A DNA stretch of 64,000 nt, from NCBI GenBank assembly GCA_963666985.2, contig CAXXIA010000002.1, positions 1,312,001-1,376,000 on the forward strand, read 5' to 3'. Positions 28,830 to 36,965 of the stretch are shown here, piece after piece. Origin of the DNA: Spirochaetia bacterium. GTDB lineage: Bacteria; Spirochaetota; Spirochaetia; DSM-2461. The notes below the pieces were generated by a model. That model was not told the DNA's origin. It saw nothing but the letters and a program-made list of their open reading frames with translations, and searched no databases. The translations under genes and the position numbers were made by a program. Every line of letters begins with the position of its first letter. The stretch's first letter is position 1.

Positions 28830-30161
28830 GTCTGTTAGTGTTACATCCGCAGCACCGGCGATAATTTCCGTTGTATAGCCGTCGTTATAGATATCGCCGC
28901 TTTGAGTAATATTTCCACCGGCTTGTATCGTCAGGTTTCCTGAAACCGTCGAAACATCAAAGGCGATATCATCGGCGTCTCGAATGCTCGCGGCTCCGCT
29001 GCTGATTGCCACGGTATTAAAATCATTTGTTCCGTTGGTATTGGCGAAGTCAAGATCGTTACCGCCCAGTGTTACCGTCAATACATCGGCTATAACCGGA
29101 TTATCTCCGTCTCCCACATCACCGGCGGCCTGAAGCGTTAGATTGTTCGTAGTCGCTATTCCGGGCGCCACGATATCGAAATCATCATTATCGCGGTAGG
29201 CAATAACACCCGAAGAGTTTGCTCCATTCGCGTCGTTTCGGCTCCGTAAACTGACCGAAGCAAAGTCGTTCCCCGCGTTATTAAGCGTTATTGCCGCACC
29301 GGCATCGTTTAATGTGGTGACAAGGAGGGTATCTCCTTCTATATCCCCCGATTGGGTGATATTTCCGCCTGCTACGACCGTGAACGTCCCTGTTAGCGCC
29401 GAGGTTCCGAGAATTAGAGCATTCGTATCCTGTATGCTCGCCGAAGCTCCGTTTGTTACCGCCACAGTTCCAAAATCATTGGTTGCGGTATCCAGCGTTA
29501 TCGCAGCCGCCGCGGCATCAATCGTTGTGGTTCCGCCGCTTACGTCAAAAGCACCGGACTGGGTGATCGATGCGGCATCCGCCATTGTAATCGTCAAATC
29601 GTTATCAATATCAATGGCGGGTAACGTAAGGGTATTCGCATTGCCGGCATCGGCCTGGATAGTCAGATTATCTATGGTCGTACCGAAGGAACCGGTAAGA
29701 GAGAGAGAACCAGTCGCTCCGGCATCCAAAGTCAGGTCGAAGTCACCATCCACGGTTCCGGTAATGGTGAGAGTGCCGCTGGTCATGGTGATGACGGTAT
29801 CGGCTGCCAGGGTAACTGCCGGAAGAGTCAGATCAACATCGTTTGCGTTACAGCCTCCGCCGAGAGTAGCGGAAGCGGTTGCTGTCAGAGAACCCGCCCC
29901 GCCGTCAGCGAAAGTTGCCGCTGATGTATTGATAATTAAAGTATCAATTGTTTCGGCATTCGGAATGGTTATGGTACTGTCGTTATTGATAATAGCGGTA
30001 TCGCCGGCTCCGGGAATTCCGTTCGGCGTCCAGTCGGTTGCCGTTTCCCAATTGCCGTCGGTCCCCCCACCGGATCCGCCGGACCAAACATATTGGGCGA
30101 AAAGCCGCCCGGGAATGAGGATAAGGCCTATAATCAAGATGGAAAAAGCGACTTTTTTCAC
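24339..30161 (-). CDS. N-terminal part of the giant adhesin-like beta-repeat protein (signal peptide + repeats); frameshifted at 24438-24440
   Basis: GTG start with GGAG SD; signal peptide MKKVAF...LFA; YVWSGG...GNW...W..P.G N-terminal motif; NDFGTVAV repeats; last ~33 residues out of frame. Confidence 0.85.
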   Translation of the reverse strand: MKKVAFSILIIGLILIPGRLFAQYVWSGGSGGGTDGNWETATDWTPNGIPGAGDTAIINNDSTITIPNAETIDTLIINTSAATFADGGAGSLTATASATLGGGCNANDVDLTLPAVTLAADTVITMTSGTLTITGTVDGDFDLTLDAGATGSLSLTGSFGTTIDNLTIQADAGNANTLTLPAIDIDNDLTITMADAASITQSGAFDVSGGTTTIDAAAAAITLDTATNDFGTVAVTNGASASIQDTNALILGTSALTGTFTVVAGGNITQSGDIEGDTLLVTTLNDAGAAITLNNAGNDFASVSLRSRNDANGANSSGVIAYRDNDDFDIVAPGIATTNNLTLQAAGDVGDGDNPVIADVLTVTLGGNDLDFANTNGTNDFNTVAISSGAASIRDADDIAFDVSTVSGNLTIQAGGNITQSGDIYNDGYTTEIIAGAADVTLTDAGNDFGTVAVTNGATVSIRDTDDLEIGTSSVSGALTLQTGGTVGDNLTQIGAISNDGQTTTIIAGAANVTLTNASNDFGTVAVTNGATVSIVDSDDLEIGTSTVSGDLTLQTGGTVGDNLTQIGAISNDGQTTTIIAVAANVTLENTGNNFGTVAVTSGATVSIVDSNELILGTSTVSDTYTVVAGGDITQSGVLSVTSTSSFTAPGGDSVTLDAGWNDLQGTIDFNYSSGTSLLNVTLYNTPAITMAAIAVSGTLELRSRDSVGQSGILSGDTLIVTTYNDAGGAITLENAGNAFASVSLRSRNLADGASAAGAISYRDVDGFDVVEAGAGLSGMETSGSLTLRGDGNVGDGDNPIIAGTLTVNLNNNDLDFSNSDGDSDFDTVNLGTIDNVNDASFRDMNAIILGTCTVTGTLTVVTGLGATHSITQSGVVTASGGITTLQAGAGAITLDDASNNFATVVITSGAAVSIRDTDALIIGTSTVSGALTLQSGGNLTQSGAISNDGQTTTIIAGAANVTLTNAGNDFGTVAVTNGATVSIRDTDDLEIGTSSVSGALTLQTGGTVGDNLTQIGAISNDGQTTTIIAGAANVTLTNASNDFGTVAVTNGATVSIVDSDDLEIGTSTVSGDLTLQTGGTVGDNLTQIGAISNDGQTTTIIAVAANVTLENTGNNFGTVAVTSGATVSIVDSNELILGTSTVSDTYTVVAGGDITQSGVLSVTSTSSFTAPGGDSVTLDAGWNDLQGTIDFNYSSGTSLLNVTLYNTPAITMAAIAVSGTLELRSRDSVGQSGILSGDTLIVTTYNDAGGAITLENAGNAFASVSLRSRNLADGASAAGAISYRDVDGFDVVEAGAGLSGMETSGSLTLRGDGNVGDGDNPIIAGTLTVNLNNNDLDFSNSDGDSDFDTVNLGTIDNVNDASFRDMNAIILGTCTVTGTLTVVTGLGATHSITQSGVVTASGGITTLQAGAGAITLDDASNNFATVVITSGAAVSIRDTDALIIGTSTVSGALTLQSGGNLTQSGAISNDGQTTTIIAGAANVTLTNAGNDFGTVAVTNGATVSIRDTDDLEIGTSSVSGALTLQTGGTVGDNLTQIGAISNDGQTTTIIAGAANVTLTNASNDFGTVAVTNGATVSIVDSDDLEIGTSTVSGDLTLQTGGTVGDNLTQIGAISNDGQTTTIIAVAANVTLENTGNNFGTVAVTSGATVSIVDSNELILGTSTVSDTYTVVAGGDITQSGVLSVTSTSSFTAPGGDSVTLDAGWNDLQGTIDFNYSSGTSLLNVTLYNTPAITMAAIAVSGTLELRSRDSVGQSGILSGDTLIVTTYNDAGGAITLENAGNAFASVSLRSRNLADGASAAGAISYRDVDGFDVVEAGAGLSGMETSGSLTLRGDGNVGDGDNPIIAGTLTVNLNNNDLDFSNSDGDSDFDTVNLGTIDNVNDASFRDMNAIILGTCTVTGTLTVVTGFGSDSQHNPEWSCDGKRRDNDASGRSRCYYAG

Positions 30162-30386
30162 CCGTTACTCCAGAATTCCGTTTTGACTATCAGTATATCC
30201 CAATTGATGTGAAATTGAGTGAATCGGCGGAGAGGAAGAAAAAAGCGGTTTCATAAGCCGGGAAAGGGCCGTCTCCACCCGTTTTTTAGAAAATAACACT
30301 CTTTAATGCTAATCAATATACGCTTATGGTTTTTATAACCCGAAAAGGGTAGAATTTAACAAAAGAAGCATGACTCAAAGCCGATA

Positions 30387-31082
30387 ATGACAAAGAGTGG
30401 TTGCGGTTGGAAAATGATGGTAAGAATTTCCCGAACAGTAATCTTTCTCCTGATCGCCGCGGCTCTCATCTCGGCCGGATGTTTCGAGGCGGGAAATGGG
30501 CCCACGGTTCCCATCAGTATCGAAATCTACGGCTCTTCCGTTAATCCCGTCGATATCGCCTGGACCATCCATAACAAATCGGGAACCGTTTCCAATCTCA
30601 CTCTGGATTACACCTCTTCCGAACCCTATGTGATTCAAAGAGACGTTCCCGAAGATGAATTCGACACGGTGAGCATCGCCATCACCGACAGCGGCACCAC
30701 GGGGAATCTTCTTATAACCTCGGGAAACTGCACCGTTGCCCCTTCGGGCTCGGGTATAAAAACAATTACCGTGGATTTCAACACACAGAATCCGGTGGGC
30801 TCCTCGAATTACATTTTCGAAAAAGGTGATTTCATCAGAGATTTCTCATCGCAAGATTTCTACATTTCCAACGATCCGGTGGCGGACGGACTGGCGAACG
30901 GAGAAATCGTTATCTACGATGACGAAGATCAATACGCCGGCGTCGGCGCATGTTCCCTTTACGCCTCCAACCGCAGCGCCGTTACCGTAAACTTCATCAG
31001 AAACGGCAGCAGACTCGATTCCTGCACCGGCAGTACCATTACCGAGGCCGTGAATATGGCCTACGGTTCGGCGGCCTGGTAA
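30387..31082 (+). CDS. Uncharacterised lipoprotein (start may be 30387 or 30414)
   Basis: Hydrophobic signal with lipobox ISAGC; beta-rich mature region. Confidence 0.7.
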   Translation: MTKSGCGWKMMVRISRTVIFLLIAAALISAGCFEAGNGPTVPISIEIYGSSVNPVDIAWTIHNKSGTVSNLTLDYTSSEPYVIQRDVPEDEFDTVSIAITDSGTTGNLLITSGNCTVAPSGSGIKTITVDFNTQNPVGSSNYIFEKGDFIRDFSSQDFYISNDPVADGLANGEIVIYDDEDQYAGVGACSLYASNRSAVTVNFIRNGSRLDSCTGSTITEAVNMAYGSAAW

Positions 31083-31206
31083 CCAAGATTTTTTCGATTA
31101 AACCGTTATCGCGCTCCATGGCGATGATGCGGCAAAGTTCCGTCTGCCGAACGGTCTTTTTTTCAAACCATTGTTCAAGCGCCGCCGGTGAAGTATCTTG
31201 TTTTCC

Positions 31207-32112
31207 ATGTTCATGAAAGATCGCCTTCATCGGGCTCGCCGACAAAATCCGGTACGGATCGCCCTGCTCACCGCCCTCGTTCTCGCTTCCATAACCCTGC
31301 CGATCACGGCCGAGGAAGGGGCGTCGTCGTCCGGTTCAACCGACGGACAAAAAGCATCTCGGCCGCTTCCGAAGCTGAAAGACGTAGTGCCCTTCATTAC
31401 GCCCGAAGACATCGCGGCTCTGGCCTCCGACGGCCGGGTTCTTCGATTCCAAGAGAATGGCGTTTCGCCCGTTCTGCTCCCGGAAACCCCGCTTACCTCC
31501 GAGGTAATCCGTCAAATTGTTCACGGCGAATTGAATATCGGTATCGAAGGACTTTTCTTCAGCCCCGCGGAAAGCATGCCGGCCGGATATAAAACCATGA
31601 ACCGGACTGAAAAGGATCTTATTCTCTACAACATCCTCCGTTCGGTAAGCACTCTCCAGGGTCTTGAATATTTCTCGGCGTCCCGCGGCGAAATGCGCCT
31701 TCTGTTCGAAGAATCCTGGGCCGTCTCCGATGCCGATTCGGAAACACCTCTGCCCGATCCTCTTGTAAAAACCATTCCGGCCGAGGATGTGTTCCTTGTC
31801 CATCAGAAGGACAAAAGCTTCGGCACGAACACACAGGAAATGACGTTCCGATTCCAAAGCGGCGTCTTTATTCTTTCCACCGTCAATCTCACTCCAATGC
31901 GCTATAAGGGCCTTATCAAAGTTGTTGACCCCGGCAATATGCAGAGTCACTTAATCGTCGTTCCCGTTGAGGAAGGTCTGCTGATTTACGGCACGATGTC
32001 CGCCCAAACCCGCGACGTGAAGGCCTTTATGGACCGGGCCCGCAACTCGTTCACCAACCGCGTTATCGCCCTCGCCGAATGGTACGGGCGGAGAATCGCC
32101 GAGGAATTTTAA
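31207..32112 (+). CDS. Conserved spirochaete exported protein (DUF6675-like)
   Basis: Signal peptide; RSVSTLQGLEYFSASRGEMRLLFEES and SFTNRVIAL motifs recalled from this family; start at ATG 31207 or 31213. Confidence 0.65.
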   Translation: MFMKDRLHRARRQNPVRIALLTALVLASITLPITAEEGASSSGSTDGQKASRPLPKLKDVVPFITPEDIAALASDGRVLRFQENGVSPVLLPETPLTSEVIRQIVHGELNIGIEGLFFSPAESMPAGYKTMNRTEKDLILYNILRSVSTLQGLEYFSASRGEMRLLFEESWAVSDADSETPLPDPLVKTIPAEDVFLVHQKDKSFGTNTQEMTFRFQSGVFILSTVNLTPMRYKGLIKVVDPGNMQSHLIVVPVEEGLLIYGTMSAQTRDVKAFMDRARNSFTNRVIALAEWYGRRIAEEF

Positions 32113-32123
32113 GTTCGGGATGC

Positions 32124-32169
32124 TCGTGCGGTTTATAAACCGCACGAACCTCTCCGGCGAACCGCCGGA
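32124..32169. terminator. Two tandem hairpins after the DUF6675-like gene (possible terminator or 3' stabiliser)
   Basis: Perfect 24-bp palindrome TCGTGCGGTTTATAAACCGCACGA then tccggcg-aac-cgccgga; no clear U tract. Confidence 0.45.
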
Positions 32170-32311
32170 AACAGAAACGTACCAATCACTCGACCGCATC
32201 TCCATTTGAAGCTTTTTCTTAGCGGCTTAAACCACGCGGCTTCGGGGGTCGGCCCCCTATCGGTTCCATTCGTTAAGAAAAACAACGAAAAGTTAATTAT
32301 TTTCTAATATT

Positions 32312-32359
32312 TTTACCTGACAATGAATTATTCACCTGATTATACTGCTTTCAGGTAAA
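32312..32359 (+). promoter_or_regulatory. Promoter and candidate RpiR operator
   Basis: CTGACA-N18-TATACT; internal palindrome TGAAT-T-ATTCA (32324-32334); flanking inverted repeat TTTACCTGA/TCAGGTAAA. Confidence 0.5.
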
Positions 32360-32400
32360 TATTAATTGCCGCTATTAACTCACAGGGAGAGAATAACGTT

Positions 32401-33240
32401 ATGGATTGGCCGGAACGACTGAAACTGAGCCAAGAAAGCCTCAGCCGAGCCGAACGGGAGCTGGTGGAATTCATCAACAAACGCCCGGAAACGGCCTCGC
32501 GAATGATTCAGAAGGATTTGGCCGCGGCCGCCGGAGTGAGCAAACCCGTAGTTATCAGCTGTTTCCGCCGTCTGGGCTTCGAGGATTTCCGCTCCTTTCA
32601 GGAATCCGTCGAATCTTTTTTCGCCACGCAGATCGATTCCCTCCAGGCATCCCGAAGCGTCCGCGAACGGGTGGCGGCTCCGGATGATCTCATCGCCGAA
32701 GCCGCGGCCGTGGACATCCGTTCTTTGGAGCGCTTCGCCAAGTCTCTGAATCCCGCCGTGCTGAAGGACATCATCAACCATATCGCTTCGGCCGAAGCGG
32801 TCTACCTGGCGGGAGAGGGCACGGGATTTTATCCGGCTCATTACCTTTATCAGCGGCTTCGGCGCTATGGGATTAAAACGGTCATCATCGATCAGGATCC
32901 CCGGCATGTCCCGGACGCCATGCATCCTTTGGGTAATAAGGATGTTCTGATGGCCTTCCATTACAGCGACACCGACGAATGGCTGCGGCCGCTGACCGCC
33001 CTGGCCACGCAGAGGGGCGCCTGGATTCTCATCGCTTCGGCCACCATCCATCCCGAATACGTGGAGAGTTCCTCGTGCTTCGTTCACGTGCCCCGGGGAG
33101 AACTTCAGTTTAAGAACAGCATGGCCGTGCCCATGCATTTCGCGAATTTGGTGCTCCTGGCTTACGAAATGCTGGAACGGGAAAAGGCGGAATTCCGCCT
33201 GGAATCGTTGGAAAAAATCCGCAAGTCCTGGAACGGATGA
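32401..33240 (+). CDS. MurR/RpiR family transcriptional regulator (HTH + SIS)
   Basis: LSRAERELVEFI...LAAAAGVSKP.V..FRRLGF..F HTH; C-terminal SIS domain. Confidence 0.92.
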   Translation: MDWPERLKLSQESLSRAERELVEFINKRPETASRMIQKDLAAAAGVSKPVVISCFRRLGFEDFRSFQESVESFFATQIDSLQASRSVRERVAAPDDLIAEAAAVDIRSLERFAKSLNPAVLKDIINHIASAEAVYLAGEGTGFYPAHYLYQRLRRYGIKTVIIDQDPRHVPDAMHPLGNKDVLMAFHYSDTDEWLRPLTALATQRGAWILIASATIHPEYVESSSCFVHVPRGELQFKNSMAVPMHFANLVLLAYEMLEREKAEFRLESLEKIRKSWNG

Positions 33241-33372
33241 GCGGAAGGAATAAAAGGAGGGCCGCCCCAAAGGAAGGTTTCGACTCACCGGCAAGATCGT
33301 TTCAATGAAACAACGCCGCATGGAAGCCGAAAATCCTTTCCGGGGCGGTCCGAAGAAGGCAGGAGGAAAACA

Positions 33373-34680
33373 ATGCCTAAAAAGATGAAATGGATCGCGG
33401 CGGCTCTGGCCGTCCTCGCCTGCACCGCCGCTTTCGCGAGTGGTGCCGAAGAGAAGGAATCCGGACCGGTAACCCTGAAAATCGCCTATCCGGTTGCGGT
33501 GGATGCTCCGGTAACGGACATGCTCAACGATTTCGCCGCGGCTTTTATGGCCGAGAATCCGAACGTAACGGTGGAAACGGTTTATGCCGGCGGCTACACC
33601 GACGTGAAAACCATGGTTCAAACCACCATCGACGGCGGCGGCGAAGCTCCGGCTTTGGCGGTTATGCTGGCCACGGATGTCTATGATTTGGCCAATGCAC
33701 AGTATATCGAACCCCTCACGCCGTTCGTGGACGAGATGAAGGGCGGCAAAGCCTATATTAAGGATTTCCTTCCGGGATTCATGGCCAACTCCTACTACAT
33801 GGACAACCTGTGGAGTCTGCCCTTCCAGCGCAGCGCCGTTGTTCTGTATTACAACGCCGATCTTCTGGCGTCCGTCGGCTGCGATCATGCTCCCGCCGAT
33901 TGGAATGAGCTGGCCGAAGTCGGAGCCGCCCTTACGGTTAAGGACGGCGGCCAGGTAACCCGCTGGGGTATCGAGTGGTCTTCCGACTGGCCTTACTGGA
34001 CCTTCCAGCCCCTGGCCGTCGCCGCCGGACAAAACATCGTCGGCGAGAGCGACACCGCGGTTTTCTTCGATAATCCCGCCGTTATCAGCGCCGTTCAGTA
34101 CTATATCGATCTTTCTCATAAGTACGGCGCGACTCCCGAAGGCGTACAGGCCTGCTGGGGCACTTCGGTTCCCAATTTCGTTTCGGGCAACACCGCCATG
34201 ATTGTCCACAGCTCGGGAAGCCTTTCCAAGATTCTCTCTCAGGCCGATTTTAAAGTGGGTGTATCCGCGGTTCCCGGTCCTAAGGCCGGTTCGGCCGCCA
34301 GCGTTCCCGGCGGCGGAAATATCTACATGATTGCCGGTATGAGCGATGCCGAGAAGCAGGCCGCTTTCGATTTCGCGGTTTTCCTTACGGGCGCCTCCCG
34401 CGCCGCGGAGTTCTCCATCAAGTCCGGTTACATCGCCACCAGTAAATCGGCGGCCGAAGATCCGGCGATGAAGGCCTATGCCGCGGAGAATCCCCAGGTG
34501 GCTCAGGTTCAGGCCGCTCTCGCCAAAGCGGGCAAAGAGCTCTCCCTGCAGAACCTCGGCGAGGTGCGGACCATCTTTCATTCGGCCATTCAGTCCGCGT
34601 ACAACGGTGAAATGACTCCCGCCGCGGCCATGGCCAAGGCTCAGAGGGAAGCCGACGCCGCGCTGGAAGATTTCCGTTAA
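33373..34680 (+). CDS. ABC transporter solute-binding protein (UgpB-like, CUT1 family)
   Basis: Signal peptide + ASG..E; SLPFQRS.VVLYYN, PGGGNIY motifs; AGGAGG SD. Confidence 0.92.
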   Translation: MPKKMKWIAAALAVLACTAAFASGAEEKESGPVTLKIAYPVAVDAPVTDMLNDFAAAFMAENPNVTVETVYAGGYTDVKTMVQTTIDGGGEAPALAVMLATDVYDLANAQYIEPLTPFVDEMKGGKAYIKDFLPGFMANSYYMDNLWSLPFQRSAVVLYYNADLLASVGCDHAPADWNELAEVGAALTVKDGGQVTRWGIEWSSDWPYWTFQPLAVAAGQNIVGESDTAVFFDNPAVISAVQYYIDLSHKYGATPEGVQACWGTSVPNFVSGNTAMIVHSSGSLSKILSQADFKVGVSAVPGPKAGSAASVPGGGNIYMIAGMSDAEKQAAFDFAVFLTGASRAAEFSIKSGYIATSKSAAEDPAMKAYAAENPQVAQVQAALAKAGKELSLQNLGEVRTIFHSAIQSAYNGEMTPAAAMAKAQREADAALEDFR

Positions 34681-34692
34681 ACTGTATTTCAT

Positions 34693-34720
34693 CCGTGCCG
34701 GGCGTTACGGCTCGGCACGG
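34693..34720 (+). terminator. Stem-loop after the solute-binding protein gene (mRNA stabiliser or step-down)
   Basis: ccgtgccgggc-gttacg-gctcggcacgg, no U tract. Confidence 0.6.
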
Positions 34721-35014
34721 TCTGAGAAAGAACCGATTCGGCGGCTTCAATCCGGGCGTGATTTAGCCTTCCCCGGAACGGGCCGCCGAACTCATCACGG
34801 CGGATTTCGACGGAATCCGGAGCCGCGGGATGTTCGCCGGCGAGCTTCACCGATTATCGGAGCCGGTTATTTTAAGTCCGATACGGCACCGTAAAACAGA
34901 TTCACCGGCCCATATCGGCGGCCGGTTAACGGCGTCCCGAATGAACGGGGACGGTTCGGGAGCTGAAGACCGTTCCGAAACCGTCCTTCTCCGTTCCGCC
35001 GCCATGGAGGTGAC

Positions 35015-35899
35015 ATGAACCGCCGCCGCTACCATCCGGCCCTGCCTTACCTGCTCATTCTGCCCACCCTTATTTTCGTGCTGATCTTCACCGTTTATCC
35101 GGCTCTTTCGGCCGGATGGAGCAGCCTTTTTGAGCACAGACTGAACATTCCGAAATTCCGGGAACCCGTTTTCGTCGGCCTGGAACATTACACGGACTTC
35201 GCCGCCAGTGAGGAATTCCGCCTTATTCTGGGAAACACACTCCTCTACGCGGTTATTCTGGTGCCCATCACCGTTATCGCGGCGCTGTTTCTGGCGCTCT
35301 GGCTCCGAAAAAAGCGGTTCGCCGCCTTCCGTATCGCCGTGTTCCATCCGGCCATCCTGCCCATGGTGTCCGCCGCCACGATCTGGATGTTCTTTTTTAC
35401 CCCCGATTACGGACTCTTCAACAGATTCTTGGAATTCTTCGGCTACAGGGGGCCCGAGAATTGGCTGAGTCATCCCGATTTGTCCCTGATGGCGCTGATT
35501 ATCGTGGCCTTCTGGAAGGACGCCGGTTTTTACATGATCTACTACCTGGCCGGGGTGCAGTCTCTCCCGGAGGATGTCTTCGAGGCTCTGAAGCTTGAAG
35601 GCGCCGGACCGGTTACAACCTTCTTCCGATTCACACTGCCCCTTTTGCGGAGAACCACGCTCTTTGTGACGACCATCGCCGTTATCGGCGCCTTTCGCGC
35701 GGTTGATCATGTCTTCGTCATGACTCAAGGCGGCCCCAGCGGACGAAGCACCCTGCTCCTCTATCATCTGTGGCAGGTCCGCTTCGAATCCCTGAACATC
35801 GGAGAAGCTTCGGCCTTGACCGTGGTGCTGGTCGTTCTGCTTCTGGCGTTCACCATCAGCAACTTTCTGCTGAGTGAAAGGAAGGGCCGCGATGCGTAA
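35015..35899 (+). CDS. Carbohydrate ABC transporter permease (UgpA/MalF-like)
   Basis: FVGLEHY, WKDAGFYM..YLAG, EAA-type loop EALKLEGA, VMTQGGP. Confidence 0.93.
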   Translation: MNRRRYHPALPYLLILPTLIFVLIFTVYPALSAGWSSLFEHRLNIPKFREPVFVGLEHYTDFAASEEFRLILGNTLLYAVILVPITVIAALFLALWLRKKRFAAFRIAVFHPAILPMVSAATIWMFFFTPDYGLFNRFLEFFGYRGPENWLSHPDLSLMALIIVAFWKDAGFYMIYYLAGVQSLPEDVFEALKLEGAGPVTTFFRFTLPLLRRTTLFVTTIAVIGAFRAVDHVFVMTQGGPSGRSTLLLYHLWQVRFESLNIGEASALTVVLVVLLLAFTISNFLLSERKGRDA

Positions 35900-36956
35900 C
35901 TCGGATGCAAAGGGCGCTGAAATCGCCGCCAAACAAAAGAACGCCGGACAGGATAAATCCGCCGCGATCAAGACGGTCACCGCTCCCATAGCCACCCCAA
36001 AGGCTGCCAAATTGCAGAGCGCCCTCCATAAATCCGCCGCGATCAAGACGGCCGCCGACAAAACCGCCGTCTCCCACACCGTCCCGCAATCAAAAAGGAC
36101 CAGCCCGATCGGCCGCCCCCTCCCGCGCCCCGGCGCCCTAAAACCCGGCCGCATCCTCGCCTACACACTGGCCCTCGGTTTCGCCCTGCTCTGGTCCATG
36201 CCACTCATCTGGTCGGTTATCGCAAGCCTGCGTCCCCCAAACGAACCGTTCGCCCGGGGCCACATCTGGTTCGGCAGCGCCTTAAGTCTGCACTCCTACA
36301 TCAGGGCCTTCAATCTGGCGCCCTTCGTTCTCTATTTCCGAAACACCGTACTTTTGGTTCTGATTATCCTGTTCTTCCAGCTCATTTCCAGCAGCCTCGC
36401 CGGATTCGCCTTTGCCTTCTACCGATTCAAAGGCGACCGCCTGCTCTTTACCCTCATCCTGACTCAGATGATGATTCCCACCACGGCCCTTTTGGTTCCC
36501 AACTTCCGCACCATCCGCATCCTGGGACTCTACGACAGCATCTGGGCCATCGGCCTGCCCTTCTTCGGCAGCGCCTTCGGAACCTTTCTGCTTCGCCAGT
36601 CCTTTCTCGGCATTCCCCGCGACTACGGCGACGCGGCCGAAGTGGACGGCTGCAATTGGTTCATGATTCTCCGGCACGTCTACATTCCCATGGCCAAACC
36701 GGCGCTCATCGCCTTTGCCGTCTCTTCAATCAACTGGCATTGGAACGATCTGCTCTGGCCCCTCATCGTGACTCAAAGTACACAATCCCGCCCCCTCACC
36801 GCGGGTTTGGCGCGCTTCACCCAGCTCGGAGAAATCGGCGCTCAATGGGACCTGATGTCCGCCGCCACCCTCATCGTGGCCCTGCCGCTTCTCCTTCTCT
36901 TCCTCATCTTTCAGAAGCGCTTCATCGAAGGCTACATGAACTCAGGGCTCAAGTAG
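35892..36956 (+). CDS. Carbohydrate ABC transporter permease (UgpE/MalG-like) with ~85-aa low-complexity N-terminal extension
   Basis: AFGTFLLRQSF..IP, DAAEVDG, WNDLLWPL, FQKRFIEG; ATG overlaps the previous stop. Confidence 0.9.
   Translation: MRNSDAKGAEIAAKQKNAGQDKSAAIKTVTAPIATPKAAKLQSALHKSAAIKTAADKTAVSHTVPQSKRTSPIGRPLPRPGALKPGRILAYTLALGFALLWSMPLIWSVIASLRPPNEPFARGHIWFGSALSLHSYIRAFNLAPFVLYFRNTVLLVLIILFFQLISSSLAGFAFAFYRFKGDRLLFTLILTQMMIPTTALLVPNFRTIRILGLYDSIWAIGLPFFGSAFGTFLLRQSFLGIPRDYGDAAEVDGCNWFMILRHVYIPMAKPALIAFAVSSINWHWNDLLWPLIVTQSTQSRPLTAGLARFTQLGEIGAQWDLMSAATLIVALPLLLLFLIFQKRFIEGYMNSGLK
35953..36051 (+). repeat. 24-bp direct repeat within the permease extension (KSAAIKT twice)
   Basis: ataaatccgccgcgatcaagacgg at 35953 and 36028. 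Confidence 0.85.
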
Positions 36957-36965
36957 AAGACGCAC

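Noticed and set aside
32380..34692. 770-aa ORF antisense to rpiR and the solute-binding gene
   Set aside because: Shadow frame of GC-rich, codon-biased genes with clear family motifs on the + strand; no recognisable domain.
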